In this document: one piece after another, positions 1-13,100 of the stretch
Numbering within the stretch: position 1 is the stretch's first letter
Layout: each line of letters begins with the position of its first letter
Assembly (NCBI GenBank): GCA_002269645.1
Contig: NIVC01000452.1
Location: 310,001-374,000, forward strand
Origin: Macrostomum lignano
Taxonomy: Eukaryota
DNA: 64,000 nt
Direction: 5' to 3'
Position numbers and translations under genes: made by a program
The notes under the pieces: generated by a model
The model's input: only the letters and a program-made list of their open reading frames with translations
Told to the model about the DNA's origin: nothing
Database searches by the model: none

Positions 1-173
1 GGTGTCTGTTGCTGCTGCTCCGATTGAGCAATTTCAATGCGAGCCATCACGCCGCCACTACGCCGGCCCAGCTGCGCTTCAATATGTCCGGTTGGATTCA
101 GGCCGGCCTCGAGTCGTTCTCGGCGCTTAGCAATCAAAGCTTTCAGCTCGCGTTCGTAATCCGATGCTTTCTG

Positions 174-204
<31 letters not shown>

Positions 205-1041
205 GGACCAGATGAAGATTTCTTCAATGGTAGAATCAGACCCGCTGGCGGAGGCGGCGGCGGTGGTGGAGGCGGCGGTGGTGGAGGCGGCGGCGGTGGT
301 GGAGGCGGCGGCGGAGCAGACTGAATAGTCGGTGGCGAAGGAGATCCAGCAGCTGCAGCAGCTACCGGAGACAAAGGAGAAGACGACTGCGGAGGCGGCG
401 GCGGAGGCGGAGGCGGCGCTGGGCGACTCTGAGTCGGCGATGCCTGCGAAGTCGACTGCTGCAAAGCCTCTTCTTCAGTGGTTTGCGATGGTGACGCATC
501 CGGTTTCGGGTTCTCCGACTGAGCAACCGGGGGCGGAGACGAAGGCGGAGGCGGTGGCGGAGGCGGAGGAGCGACTGGCTTGACGGTAACAGCTGCCACC
601 GTTGCCGCCGCAGCGGCCGGTGCAACCACCGCAGAAGTTGCCGGCGGCGACACTTTGTCGACATCCGCTCCAGCTGTCGTTTGCCGGCCAAACGAGAATT
701 CGGCCGGCGGCGACGGTGGTGGAGCGGAGTCGACCTCGGCCGCCTCTTTTTCATCATCCGCCTGATCCTCGCCGTCAGAGTAGTCTGCTGGCGGATCATC
801 GACCTCACCGCCGCTGCCGCCGTCACCCAGCACGCTGACTCGGCCCTGGATGGCCAAGCCCGCCGGCAGCAGTTTCGCGGTCTCCGGCCGCGTCACAAGC
901 AGATTGGAGCCCGGATGATCCTGGACAAACTCGGCCGATTGGCTATAGATGTCCGGGGCTGGAGCCGGAGATGCGGCAGCCACGGCTGGAGCGGCTTGAG
1001 GTGGCGGCGGCGGCGGCGGACGCTTCGGTGGCTGGTGGATT

Positions 1042-1074
<33 letters not shown>

Positions 1075-1198
1075 TGTTGCTGCTGCTGCTGAGGAGAAGA
1101 AAAAGTTGACACTGCAGAAGCGGCTGGCGAAACGGAGGTTGCGCAGCTGCCATTGGTCTTTGCCGCGGACTTAACCGGCTCCTTATAGTCGGTACGGT
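1..1198 (-). CDS. shank: Shank exon 11, proline/glutamine-rich region, open to the window edge
   Basis: Acceptor ctctctctccattcaccgacAG, phase 1. The frame [13 protein letters not shown]..poly-Q..poly-[19 protein letters not shown].. read by hand has no stop down to position 1. Confidence 0.82.
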
Positions 1199-4100
1199 CT
1201 GTCGGTGAATGGAGAGAGAGAGTGTGTACAATTTTCCAAAATTAAGACACAGAGCTTCAATGCAATCAATTAAACCTGCCGAAACCAATTGATTTCCCAG
1301 ACAAAATTTCAAAAATATACCGCTAGGCAACTAAGATAGATAAAGTGCAGTGTTTTGAAAAAAATTATAATACAGGCTTGAGAGTTTACTGCAGTTTTTT
1401 TTAAAATAACCCAATTAAGCAGACTTAAGAGATAATAAACGTACAACCTTTTCTTTTCTTTGCCGGTAAAATAGACTAACTAGATGTCACACGCAAAATG
1501 CGTTCGTCTACTTTTTAGTAGCATAAATAAGCGTTTTGCCTTATTATCTAAGAATAAGTAAAAGCACGACAGAAGTTTGCAGGAAAAATTGAAGAACCCA
1601 AATCCAGTGCGTGTGCATAGCGAGCAAGATAGAAAACGGGTGGCGTTCCAGCCCTCAGCCAAAACAGTTAGGCTCTCCTCTTGCCCGCTCGTGTCTGACT
1701 CTGACTCTCTCCTTACTGCTCTCTCATTGGCTGAGCTAGATTGGACCTGCTCCCCCCCTAGGCTGAAGTTTTGTTCGTCCGACTTTGCCCTCTCTCCTTA
1801 CTGCTCTCTCATTGGCTGAGCTAGATTGGGCCTGCTCCCCCCTAGGCTGAAGTTTTGTTCGTCCGACTTTGCCCTCTCTCCTACTACTCTCTTATTGGCT
1901 GAGCTAGATTGGGCCTGCCCTCTAGGCTAGTTTCGGCCGACTGACTCTGACTCGGCCCTCTCTCCTTACTGCTCTCTCATTGGCTAAGCAAGGCCGCAAA
2001 CCCCGAGGAAGAAAAGGAAATTTTAGCTACCACGTTAAATTTAAGTCACACTGCTGAGAAAAAAGTGTAGACTTTTCACGGCTTTAATTGCGAGTCACAT
2101 ATCTAGCATTTCTGATATAAACTAGAAAGTAGATACATTAGCAATCCATTCTGTATCCATAGCAACGCAAGAATATATTAGGGTATATTTCTATTTATAC
2201 CTATGCATTTCTATTCAGTAATTAGATTTCCATCACCAAGGAAAAGATGAAAGACAGTCACCGAGTTGCAATTAAATGACGGTATTTAAAGGCGGAAATA
2301 AATATTTTATAATAGAGCAGTTCCTCGAAAGTTGTACCAAGGAAATCAAATTAACAGAGATAAGTTTGAGCTAACATGGAGATACGATAAACTGAATGCT
2401 AGTTATAAATATGTACCTCCGAATCTACCTCAAAATATATTGCAGGAATAAACTTATTCTCAATAAGAAATTTTACAGAAAAGATATCGTAGTTAAAAAC
2501 ATGGGTTTTCCAATTGAGAACAGAAAATCTGTCCTTGCCTTAGGCGGCACCTGCCTACAAAGGAAGAAAAATGAAGGCCAAGAGGTGAAATTCAAATCGT
2601 TTGATTACCTGCCTTATAGCTAAAATATGTCTCAAAAAGAACTTCTTAAATCCCACAAAAATGTCGTTGAGCAAATCTCAAAATCTCCCAAAAGTGTTGA
2701 TGAGCGACTTACTAAATCTCCCAAAAGCGACTTCTCAAATCCAACAAAAATGTCGGTGAACCACTTCTCAAATCCCCAAATATGTCGGTGAGCGATTTCT
2801 CAAATCCCACAAAAATGTCGGTGAACCACTTCTCAAATCCCGCAAATATGTCGGTGAACCACTTCTCAAATCCCGCAAAAATGTCGGTGAACCACTTCTC
2901 GAATCCCACAAAAATGTCGGTGAACCACTTCTCAAATCCCCAAATATGTCGGTGAGCGATTTCTCAAATCCCACAAAAATGTCGGTGAACGAGTTCTCAA
3001 ATCCCAAAAATGTCGGTGAGCAACTTCTCAAATCCACAAAAATGTCGGTGAGCGACTTCTCAAATATCTTGAATTTTCGGTGAGCGACTTCTTAAATCCC
3101 CAAAAATGTCGGTGAGCGATTTCTCAAATCCAGCAAAAATGTCGGTGAGCGATTTCTCAAATCCCCAAAAATGTCGGTGAGCGACTTCTCAAATCCCCAA
3201 AAATGTCGGTGAGCGAGTTCTCAAATCCACAAAATGTCGGTGAGCAACTTCTCAAATCCACAAAAATGTCGGTGAGCGACTTCTCAAATATCTTGAATTT
3301 TCGGTGAGCGACCTTTTAAATCCAGAAAAGTCCGGTGAAAAAATTTCGGTAATCCCAGCATCAACTTACCAGCATCCTGTCTGACCACCTGCCTACGCGT
3401 GACCGTGAGCACCTGCATCGCCAGAGTCTCTCCAGCCTCCTTGATGAGGCGAACGCACATCTCGTGACTGGCGCTGCGCACATCAACGTCCCCGATGGCA
3501 ACAATGTAGTCACCCCGACGAAGGCCGGCTCGACAGGCCGGACTGCCGGGCTCGATGTCGTCCAGGTACTGCAATCCAGGAATGTCCGGCGTTGGCTGGA
3601 ACTCGGCAATGCGGAGCTGCTCCCCGGCTTTGGCGCCGCGCAATACGAATCCATATCCGCGGCCGCCCCGCTGCAGCACCACCGTGCGGCTGTTGTGCTG
3701 CACCTCGTCCTGACTACTGCTAGTAGGGTAATCCGGTAAATCGAATTTATTTTGTATTACCTTCAATTTTCTGAGCCTAAATTTTCTAACTACTACTGGC
3801 TTAAACTACTGTAAGTAGAGCAATCAGATTAGATATCTTTGACGATTTAATTCTTGAATATGATAATACTCCTCGCTTTGACTACTGTAAGTAGCTTAGT
3901 TAATCGTCTTTTAGATATTAATTTAGGCGAATAGAGCAAGTAGACAAAAATTTGCAATTACTACTAGTCTTAACTACTGTAAGTAGAGCAATCAGGTGGG
4001 CATATTTGATGGATTGTTAATAAATACGCAGATAAATAAATTTAATAGCTACTTACTCGTCTTCACTACTGCAAGTAGATTCGTAACAGAGGAATATTGT

Positions 4101-7100
4101 TATAAATATTTTTGACGGATAGAATATAAATAAACGTAGCTCTAAACTTTTCTAGAAAACTTATTACAGTCGATGTAGTTAAAATTGTATTTCACTAGTT
4201 ACTAACAGTAGTTTGAGGAATATATTAGCATAAGCTGTAAAGCAGCAGTCAACTTACACAATAGGCAGCAGAGTGGTTGGCACGTGGTACTCCTCGAATG
4301 TCTGCTCGGACACTGTAGAAAAGTACGGAGGATTTGAAGTGAATTTTAAAGATCCAACCTGTTTTCGCTTCTAAACTTCATCTAGCTCCTATATGGGTTG
4401 GTTGTCTGACTTTACTGAATAAGAATTTTACAGAAATTCTGTATCTTTGCTCAATTAATGCAGTTTAGAGAAGCGAAAAGACACAAAGGCCAGATTCAAT
4501 AAAGAATTGGGTTTGAAAACTAATTGAAGAAAAACAAGAAAACAAAAAGAAATGGAGAACATCTACATATGGGACAACAAAATGTAAGCGTTATAAGGGG
4601 AGAGGAGAGGGGAGAGATGTGAGGGAGAGGAGGGGAGAGAAAAGAGAGGGGAGAGGAGAGGGGAGAGATGTGAGGGAGAGGAGGGGAGAGAAAAGAGACG
4701 GGAGAGGAGAGGGGAGAGATGTGAGGGAGAGGAGGGGAGATAAAAGTGACGGGAGAGGAGAGGGGAGAGATGTGAGGGAGAGGAGGGGAGATAAAAGTGA
4801 CGGGAGAGGAGAGGGGAGAGATGTGAGGGAGAGGAGGGGAGATAAAAGTGACGGGAGAGGAGAGGGGAGAGATGTGAGGGAGAGGAGGGGAGATAAAAGT
4901 GACGGGAGAGGAGAGGGGAGAGATGTGAGGGAGAGGAGGGGAGATAAAAGTGACGGGAGAGGAGAGGGGAGAGATGTGAGGGAGAGGAGGGGAGAGAAAA
5001 GAGACGGGAGAGAAGAAAGAGGGCAAGGAAGGAGAGGCGAGGGCGGGTAGTGAGGAAGAGCTGGTACACATGCGAGAGGCAAGGCATAGATAAGCGGAGG
5101 TGAGCAAAGGTGAAGCGGCACAGAGACACAGGTAGACAGCCATAGCCCAGCAGTTCACAGAATAGCCGCTCACCCATACTCCGACGCGGCGGCGCCTGTC
5201 CGCCATCCTGACCGCCAGGCAGGTGGCTGACCGACTTCGATAGGCCGCCATTGACGGCGACAACTGCCACCGCAGAGGCGGCTGGACCTCCGGCGGCGTG
5301 TCCGAATGTGGCCGGCACCGAGGCCTGGCTGGCCAGTCCGGCTGGCGCCCCCTGCTGCTGCTGCTGCATTCTTTCCAGCCGGCCGAGGTTGGACAGCGAG
5401 CCCCAGCGCTGCTGGTTGCGCAGAGTGGGGATGCTGGTCCGCCGGCCGGTGTTGAACTGCGGCTCGTCGCGTATCGGCACGACGTCCTCGTCGCGGAAGC
5501 AGCGAATCAGATCGGCAACTTCGGCGTGGTTGGACACCAGCGCCACCTGGTAGGCTGTCTGGTCCTGCTGGTTGCGCAGGCTGCGGTCGGCGCCGCGGAA
5601 TAGCAGCTGCTTGGCGCACTCGGTCTGCGGATTGTGGGGAGTTGGATTAGTACCGGATTGAGATAGGGATTAATGCCAACTGAGATGCAGATAAATATCG
5701 AGTGTCCGAGAGTGTCCGAACTGGCATGTTGAATTAAGATCTAGTGTCCGAACTGGTATATTGGATTACTATTGAGTGTCCGAGAGTGTCCGAAATTACC
5801 TATTGGATTATTATCACGTGTCCGAGAGTGTCCGAAATTACCTATCGGATTATTATCACGTGTCCGAGAGTATCCGAAATGACCTATTGGATACAGGATT
5901 ATTATTACGTATCCGAGAGTATCCGAACTGGTATATTAGATTACTATTAAGTATCCGAAAGTGTCCGATGTGGCATATTGGCTTATTATCGGGTGTCCGA
6001 GAGTGTCCGAACTGGAAGTGGTATTAGCATCAATCTCTGGACACGAAGAGAATAATTGCTGAGTCTTGAAACAAGATAAGAAGCTAACCCCAAAAAATTA
6101 CAAGACCAAAATTCTAATAATCCGATTCCACTGCCTCATCCGTCATCTTGTCATGCGAAATTTTTATATTCTGATAGAAACTGACAGCCAACATGCAGCC
6201 ATGACAGATTATTTAATCAATAACCAAGTTGTGCCGTGTCGCCAGGATTACACCATAAATATTCTCACCTGATTCATGTAGCCGCAGATGTGCAATGGCG
6301 AATTGCCATTCTTAGTCACAGCATCAATATCGGCGCCGTAGCTGATCAGGTATTGCAGGTGCTGCACCCTGCCGAACTTGCAGGCCTGAAAGTGGTGCAA
6401 GTGTAATTGCGTGTGTAGTGTAATATCGAAGCTTCACAATATCGAAGCTTCACAATATCGAAGCTTCACAATATCGAAGCTTCACAATATCGAAGCTTCA
6501 CAATATCGAAGCTTCACAATATCAAAGCTTCACAATATCGAAGCTTCACAATATCGAAGCTTCACAATATCGAAGCTTCACAATATCGAAGCTTTACAAT
6601 ATCGAAGCTTCACAATATCGAAGCTTCACAATATCGAAGCTTCACAATATCGAAGCTTTACAATATCGAAGCTTTACAATATCGAAGCTTCACAATATCG
6701 AAGCTTTACAATATCGAAGCTTCACAATATCGAAGCTTCACAATATCGAAGCTTCACAATATCGAAGCTTCACAATATCGAAGCTTCACAATATCGAAGC
6801 TTCACAATATCGAAGCTTTACAATATCGAAGCTTCACAATATCGAAGCTTCAAATATCAAAGCTTTACAATATCGAAGCTTCACAATATCGAAGCTTTAT
6901 CGAAGCTACAATATCGAAGCTTCACAATATCGAAGCTTTACGAAGCTTCACAATATCGAAGCTTCACAATATCGAAGCTTCACAATATCGAAGCTTCACA
7001 ATATCGAAGCTTCACAATATCGAAGCTTCACAATATCGAAGCTTCACAATATCGAAGCTTCACAATATCGAAGCTTCACAATATCGAAGCTTCACAATAT

Positions 7101-10100
7101 CGAAGCTTCACAATATGGAAGCTTCACAACATCGAACACAAGCTCAATTTGAAAGTTTAAAAGTTCAAAATAGCTAATTGTAACTCTTATTAGTATCTCA
7201 TCTCACCTGATGAATCTCCTGCAGTCCCTGGTCATCCGAATGCCCAGCACGCTGTGATCGAACAGCAGGCGCTCCGCGCAGTTCGATCGGGTATCGTGCA
7301 GCATGGTGTAGTACAGGGGGGTCAGGCCTCGCGGGTCCACGCAGTTGGGCGACTGGCCCAGGTCTAGGAGGGTCTGCGAGCGGCCAGGCACGGGTGGGAG
7401 TGCGCGCTGACTGGCTACTGACTGACTAATTACTGACTAATGACTGACTAATGACTGAAAAAACTGACTAATGACTGAAAAAACTGACTAATGACTGAAA
7501 AAACTGACTAATGACAGAAAAAACTGACTAATGACTGAAAAAACTGACTAATGACTGACTAATGACTAACTAATGACTGACTAATTACTAACTAATGACT
7601 AACTAATTACTGACTAATTACTAACTAATGACTGACTAATGACTAACTAATGACTGAGTAATGACTGACTAATTATTGACTAATGACTGGTTAATGACTG
7701 AGTAATATTTGACTAACGACTGACTAAAACTGACTAATGACTGACTAATGACTGGCTAATGACTGACTAATGATTGGCTAATGAGTGACTAATGACTGAC
7801 TAATGATTAACTATGACCGAGTAATGATTGTCTTATGACCAACCAATCACTGACTAATGGCTGTCTAATGACTGACCAATGACTGACTAATGACTGTCTA
7901 ATGACTGACTAATGATTAACTAATGACTGACTAATTACTAACTAATGACTGAGTAATGACTGACTAATTATTGACTAATGACTGGTTAATGACTGAGTAA
8001 TATTTGACTAATGACTGACTAAAACTGACTAATGACTGGCTAATGACTGAGTAATGATTGGCTAATGATTAACTAATGACTGAGTAATGATTGGCTTATG
8101 ACCAACCAATCACTGACTAATTGCTGACTAATGACTGACCAATGACTGACTAATGACTGTCTAATGACTGACTAATGGCTGACTAATGACTGACTAATGA
8201 CTGACTAATGACTGACTAATGACTGACTAATGACTGACTAATGACTGACTAATGACTGACTAATGACTGACTAATGACTGACTAATGACTGACTAATGAC
8301 TGACTAATGACTGACTAATGACTGACTAATGACTGACTAATGACTGACTAATGACTGACTAATGAATAAAATAGCCGCATTAAACTCACATTAATAGCCT
8401 CCAAATTTCCATAAACGGCAGCCTTGTGCAGAGGCGTCATGGAGTCTTTGGAGTCGCGAAAGTCCATATGAGCGCCGCCGGAGCACAGGGCCATGATCAT
8501 TGCCCGCGGCTTCGGCAATGACACGGCTATTGTAAGCGGAGTGTCTGACAATGACAGGTGGGCATTCAAATTTAGGCAAATTGATTTATTTGGGTTATCA
8601 ATGTGAAATCTATACATTGCTTCTATTTTGAGTGCCACCCGTGGAGGGACAAAGTGGCTAGTCCCATTCTGATATTTAATGTTTACTTAATTTTTATAGT
8701 TAACAAGAATGCAGGTTCGGGGGTGTAAATGTACTTTTTCGACGATGCGTTTATCGTTAAGTTCCGCAGAACTATTTTACACTATATACGAGTACATTGT
8801 TTTATACATGCGTCACATCAGTAGTATGCTCATAGGTTTATAGGGAGGCTCTGATGCCAAAGCTCACAGGACATGCTTATATGTTAAACTAGATAGCTGG
8901 CTTTTAAGGGCTGCTTGGATAATAAAAATAGCGACTGTAAATTGTCGAAGCCTACATGTAGTTGATTAAGGAAATTTAGTTTTCCTTCTCATCTGCTCTC
9001 TCTCTCTTCTCCTTCGCTCCCACGCATGCAACGGTGTATTGCCAGCGGCTATTAAAATACAGCTCAACCCTAAGTCCAAAATTCAGAGCGCATATACGTT
9101 TTATAATATACAGATTGCAATGGCATTGTGCAAGGGTAGAACAACTAGATGCATTTAACTGGCATGTTGCCTACGCTAGGAGGTCTGCCTCACTCACTCA
9201 CACAGCCAAAGGCTTGTGCATAATTTTTAGCTCATAATATAAAAAGTAAACTAAACTAGTTACCTACAAATGACTCAGAGTTAATTGCTAAACCTAAACA
9301 GATTATTAATGGGGTGCTTGTGCTACAAGCAACCTGATACTTGGCTGTGGAGCGGCGTTATGAATACCGAATTAACGCTTTCACCAATATTTAATAACCC
9401 CATCTCCCTCTCCCTCACTGTGTCCATTCTCTCTCCATCTCCCTCTCCCTCACTGTGTCCATTCTCTCTCCATCTCCCTCTCCCTCACTGTGTCCATTCT
9501 GTCTCCATCTCCCTCTCCCTCACTGTGTCCATTCTCTCTCCATCTCCCTCTCCCTCACTGTGTCCATTCTGTCTCCATCTTCCTCTCCCTCACTGTGTCC
9601 ACTCTCTCCATCTTCCTCTCCCTCACTGTCTCCACTCTCTCTCTCCATCTCCCTCTCCCTCACTGTGTCCATTCTCTCTCCATCTCCCTCTCCCTCACTG
9701 TGTCCATTCTCTCTCCATCTCCCTCTCCCTCACTGTGTCCATTCTGTCTCCATCTCCCTCTCCCTCACTGTGTCCATTCTGTCTCCATCTCCCTCTCCCT
9801 CACTGTGTCCATTCTCTCTCCATCTTCCTCTCCCTCACTGTGTCCACTCTCTCCATCTCCCTCTCCCTCACTGTGTCCACTCTCTCCCCATCTCCCTCTC
9901 ACTCACTGTGTCCATTCTGTCTCCATCTCCCTCTCCCTCACTGTGTCCATTCTGTCTCCATCTCCCTCTCCCTCACTGTGTCCATTCTGTCTCCATCTCC
10001 CTCTCCCTCACTGTGTCCATTCTGTCTCCATCTCCCTCTCCCTCACTGTCTCCACTTTCTCTCTCCATCTCCCTCTCCCTCACTGTGTCCATTCTGTCTC

Positions 10101-13100
10101 CATCTCCCTCTCCCTCACTGTGTCCATTCTGTCTCCATCTCCCTCTCCCTCACTGTCTCCACTCTCTCTCCATCTCCCTCTCCCTCACTGTCTCCACTCT
10201 CTCTCTTCATCTCCCTCTCCCTCACTGTCTCCACTCTCTCTCCATCTCCCTCTCCCTCACTGTCTCCACTCTCTCTCCATCTCCCTCTCCCTCACTGTCT
10301 CCACTCTCTCTCTTCATCTCCCTCTCCCTCACTGTCTCCACTCTCTCTCTTCATCTCCCTCTCCCTCACTGTGTCCACTTTCTCTCTCCATCTCCCTCTC
10401 CCTCACTGTGTCCATTCTGTCTCCATCTCCCTCTCCCTCACTGTGTCCATTCTGTCTCCATCTCCCTCTCCCTCACTGTGTCCATTCTGTCTCCATCTCC
10501 CTCTCCCTCACTGTCTCCACTCGCTCTCCATCTCCCTCTCCCTCACTGTCTCCACTTTCTCTCTCTATCTCCCTCTCCCTCACTGTGTCCATTCTGTCTC
10601 CATCTCCCTCTCCCTCACTGTGTCCATTCTGTCTCCATCTCCCTCTCCCTCACTGTGTCCATTCTGTCTCCATCTCCCTCTCCCTCACTGTGTCCATTCT
10701 GTCTCCATCTCCCTCTCCCTCACTGTGTCCATTCTGTCTCCATCTCCCTCTCCCTCACTGTGTCCATTCTGTCTCCATCTCCCTCTCCCTCACTGTGTCC
10801 ATTCTGTCTCCATCTCCCTCTCCCTCACTGTGTCCATTCTGTCTCCATCTCCCTCTCCCTCACTGTGTCCATTCTGTCTCCATCTCCCTCTCCCTCACTG
10901 TCTCCATTCGTCTCCATCTCCCTCTCCCTCACTGTCTCCACTTTCTCTCTCATCTCCCTCTCCCTCACTGTGTCCATTCTGTCTCCATCTCCCTCTCCCT
11001 CACTGTGTCCATTCTGTCTCCATCTCCCTCTCCCTCACTGTGTCCATTCTGTCTCCATCTCCCTCTCCCTCACTGTGTCCATTCTGTCTCCATCTCCCTC
11101 TCCCTCACTGTGTCCATTCTGTCTCCATCTCCCTCTCCCTCACTGTGTCCATTCTGTCTCCATCTCCCTCTCCCTCACTGTGTCCATTCTGTCTCCATCT
11201 CCCTCTCCCTCACTGTGTCCATTCTGTCTCCATCTCCCTCTCCCTCACTGTGTCCATTCTGTCTCCATCTCCCTCTCCCTCACTGTCTCCACTCTCTCTC
11301 CATCTCCCTCTCCCTCACTGTCTCCACTCTCTCTCATCTCCCTCTCCCTCACTGTCTCCACTCTCTCTCCATCTCCCTCTCCCTCACTGTCTCCACTCTC
11401 TCTCTTCATCTCCCTCTCCCTCACTGTGTCCACTTTCTCTCTCCATCTCCCTCTCCCTCACTGTGTCCATTCTCTCTCCATCTCCCTCTCCCTCACTGTG
11501 TCCATTCTGTCTCCATCTCCCTCTCCCTCACTGTGTCCATTCTGTCTCCATCTCCCTCTCCCTCACTGTGTCCACTCTCTCTCCATCTCCCTCTCCCTCA
11601 CTGTCTCCACTCTCTCTCATCTCCCTCTCCCTCACTGTCTCCACTCTCTCTCTCCATCTCCCTCTCCCTCACTGTCTCCACTCTCTCTCTCATCTCCCTC
11701 TCCCTCACTGTCCATCTCTCTCTCATCTCCCTCTCCCTCACTGTGTCCACTTCTCTCTCCATCTCCCTCTCCCTCACTGTGTCCATTCTGTCTCCATCTC
11801 CCTCTCCCTCACTGTGTCCATTCTGTCTCCATCTCCCTCTCCCTCACTGTGTCCATTCTGTCTCCATCTCCCTCTCCCTCACTGTCTCCATCTGTCTCCA
11901 TCTCCCTCTCCCTCACTGTCTCCACTTCTCTCTCATCTCCCTCTCCCTCACTGTGTCCATTCTGTCTCCATCTCCCTCTCCCTCACTGTGTCCATTCTGT
12001 CTCCATCTCCCTCTCCCTCACTGTGTCCATTCTGTCTCCATCTCCCTCTCCCTCACTGTGTCCATTCTGTCTCCATCTCCCTCTCCCTCACTGTGTCCAT
12101 TCTGTCTCCATCTCCCTCTCCCTCACTGTGTCCATTCTGTCTCCATCTCCCTCTCCCTCACTGTGTCCATTCTGTCTCCATCTCCCTCTCCCTCACTGTG
12201 TCCACTTCTCTCTCCATCTCCCTCTCCCTCACTGTGTCCATTCTCTCTCCATCTCCCTCTCCCTCACTGTGTCCATTCTGTCTCCATCTCCCTCTCCCTC
12301 ACTGTGTCCATTCTGTCTCCATCTCCCTCTCCCTCACTGTCTCCACTTCTCTCCATCTCCCTCTCCCTCACTGTCTCCACTCTCTCTCATCTCCCTCTCC
12401 CTCACTGTCTCCACTCTCTCTCTCCATCTCCCTCTCCCTCACTGTGTCCATTCTCTCTCCATCTCCCTCTCCCTCACTGTGTCCATTCTGTCTCCATCTC
12501 CCTCTCCCTCACTGTGTCCACTTCTCTCTCCATCTCCCTCTCCCTCACTGTGTCCATTCTGTCTCCATCTCCCTCTCCCTCACTGTGTCCATTCTGTCTC
12601 CATCTCCCTCTCCCTCACTGTGTCCACTCTCTCTCCATCTCCCTCTCCCTCACTGTCTCCACTCTCTCTCTCATCTCCCTCTCCCTCACTGTGTCCATTC
12701 TCTCTCCATCTCCCTCTCCCTCACTGTGTCCATTCTGTCTCCATCTCCCTCTCCCTCACTGTGTCCATTCTCTCTCCATCTCCCTCTCCCTCACTGTGTC
12801 CATTCTGTCTCCATCTCCCTCTCCCTCACTGTCTCCACTCTCTCTCATCTCCCTCTCCCTCACTGTCTCCACTCTCTCTCATCTCCCTCTCCCTCACTGT
12901 CTCCACTCTCTCTCTTCATCTCCCTCTCCCTCACTGTCTCCACTCTCTCTCTCCATCTCCCTCTCCCTCACTGTCTCCACTCTCTCTCCATCTCCCTCTC
13001 CCTCACTGTGTCCACTTTCTCTCTCCATCTCCCTCTCCCTCACTGTGTCCATTCTGTCTCCATCTCCCTCTCCCTCACTGTGTCCATTCTGTCTCCATCT

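Noticed and set aside
9-1174. Short + strand ORFs and the called - strand ORFs 362-826 and 893-1330
   Set aside because: Shadows of the Shank proline-rich exon; the phase-consistent frame is a different, start-less one.
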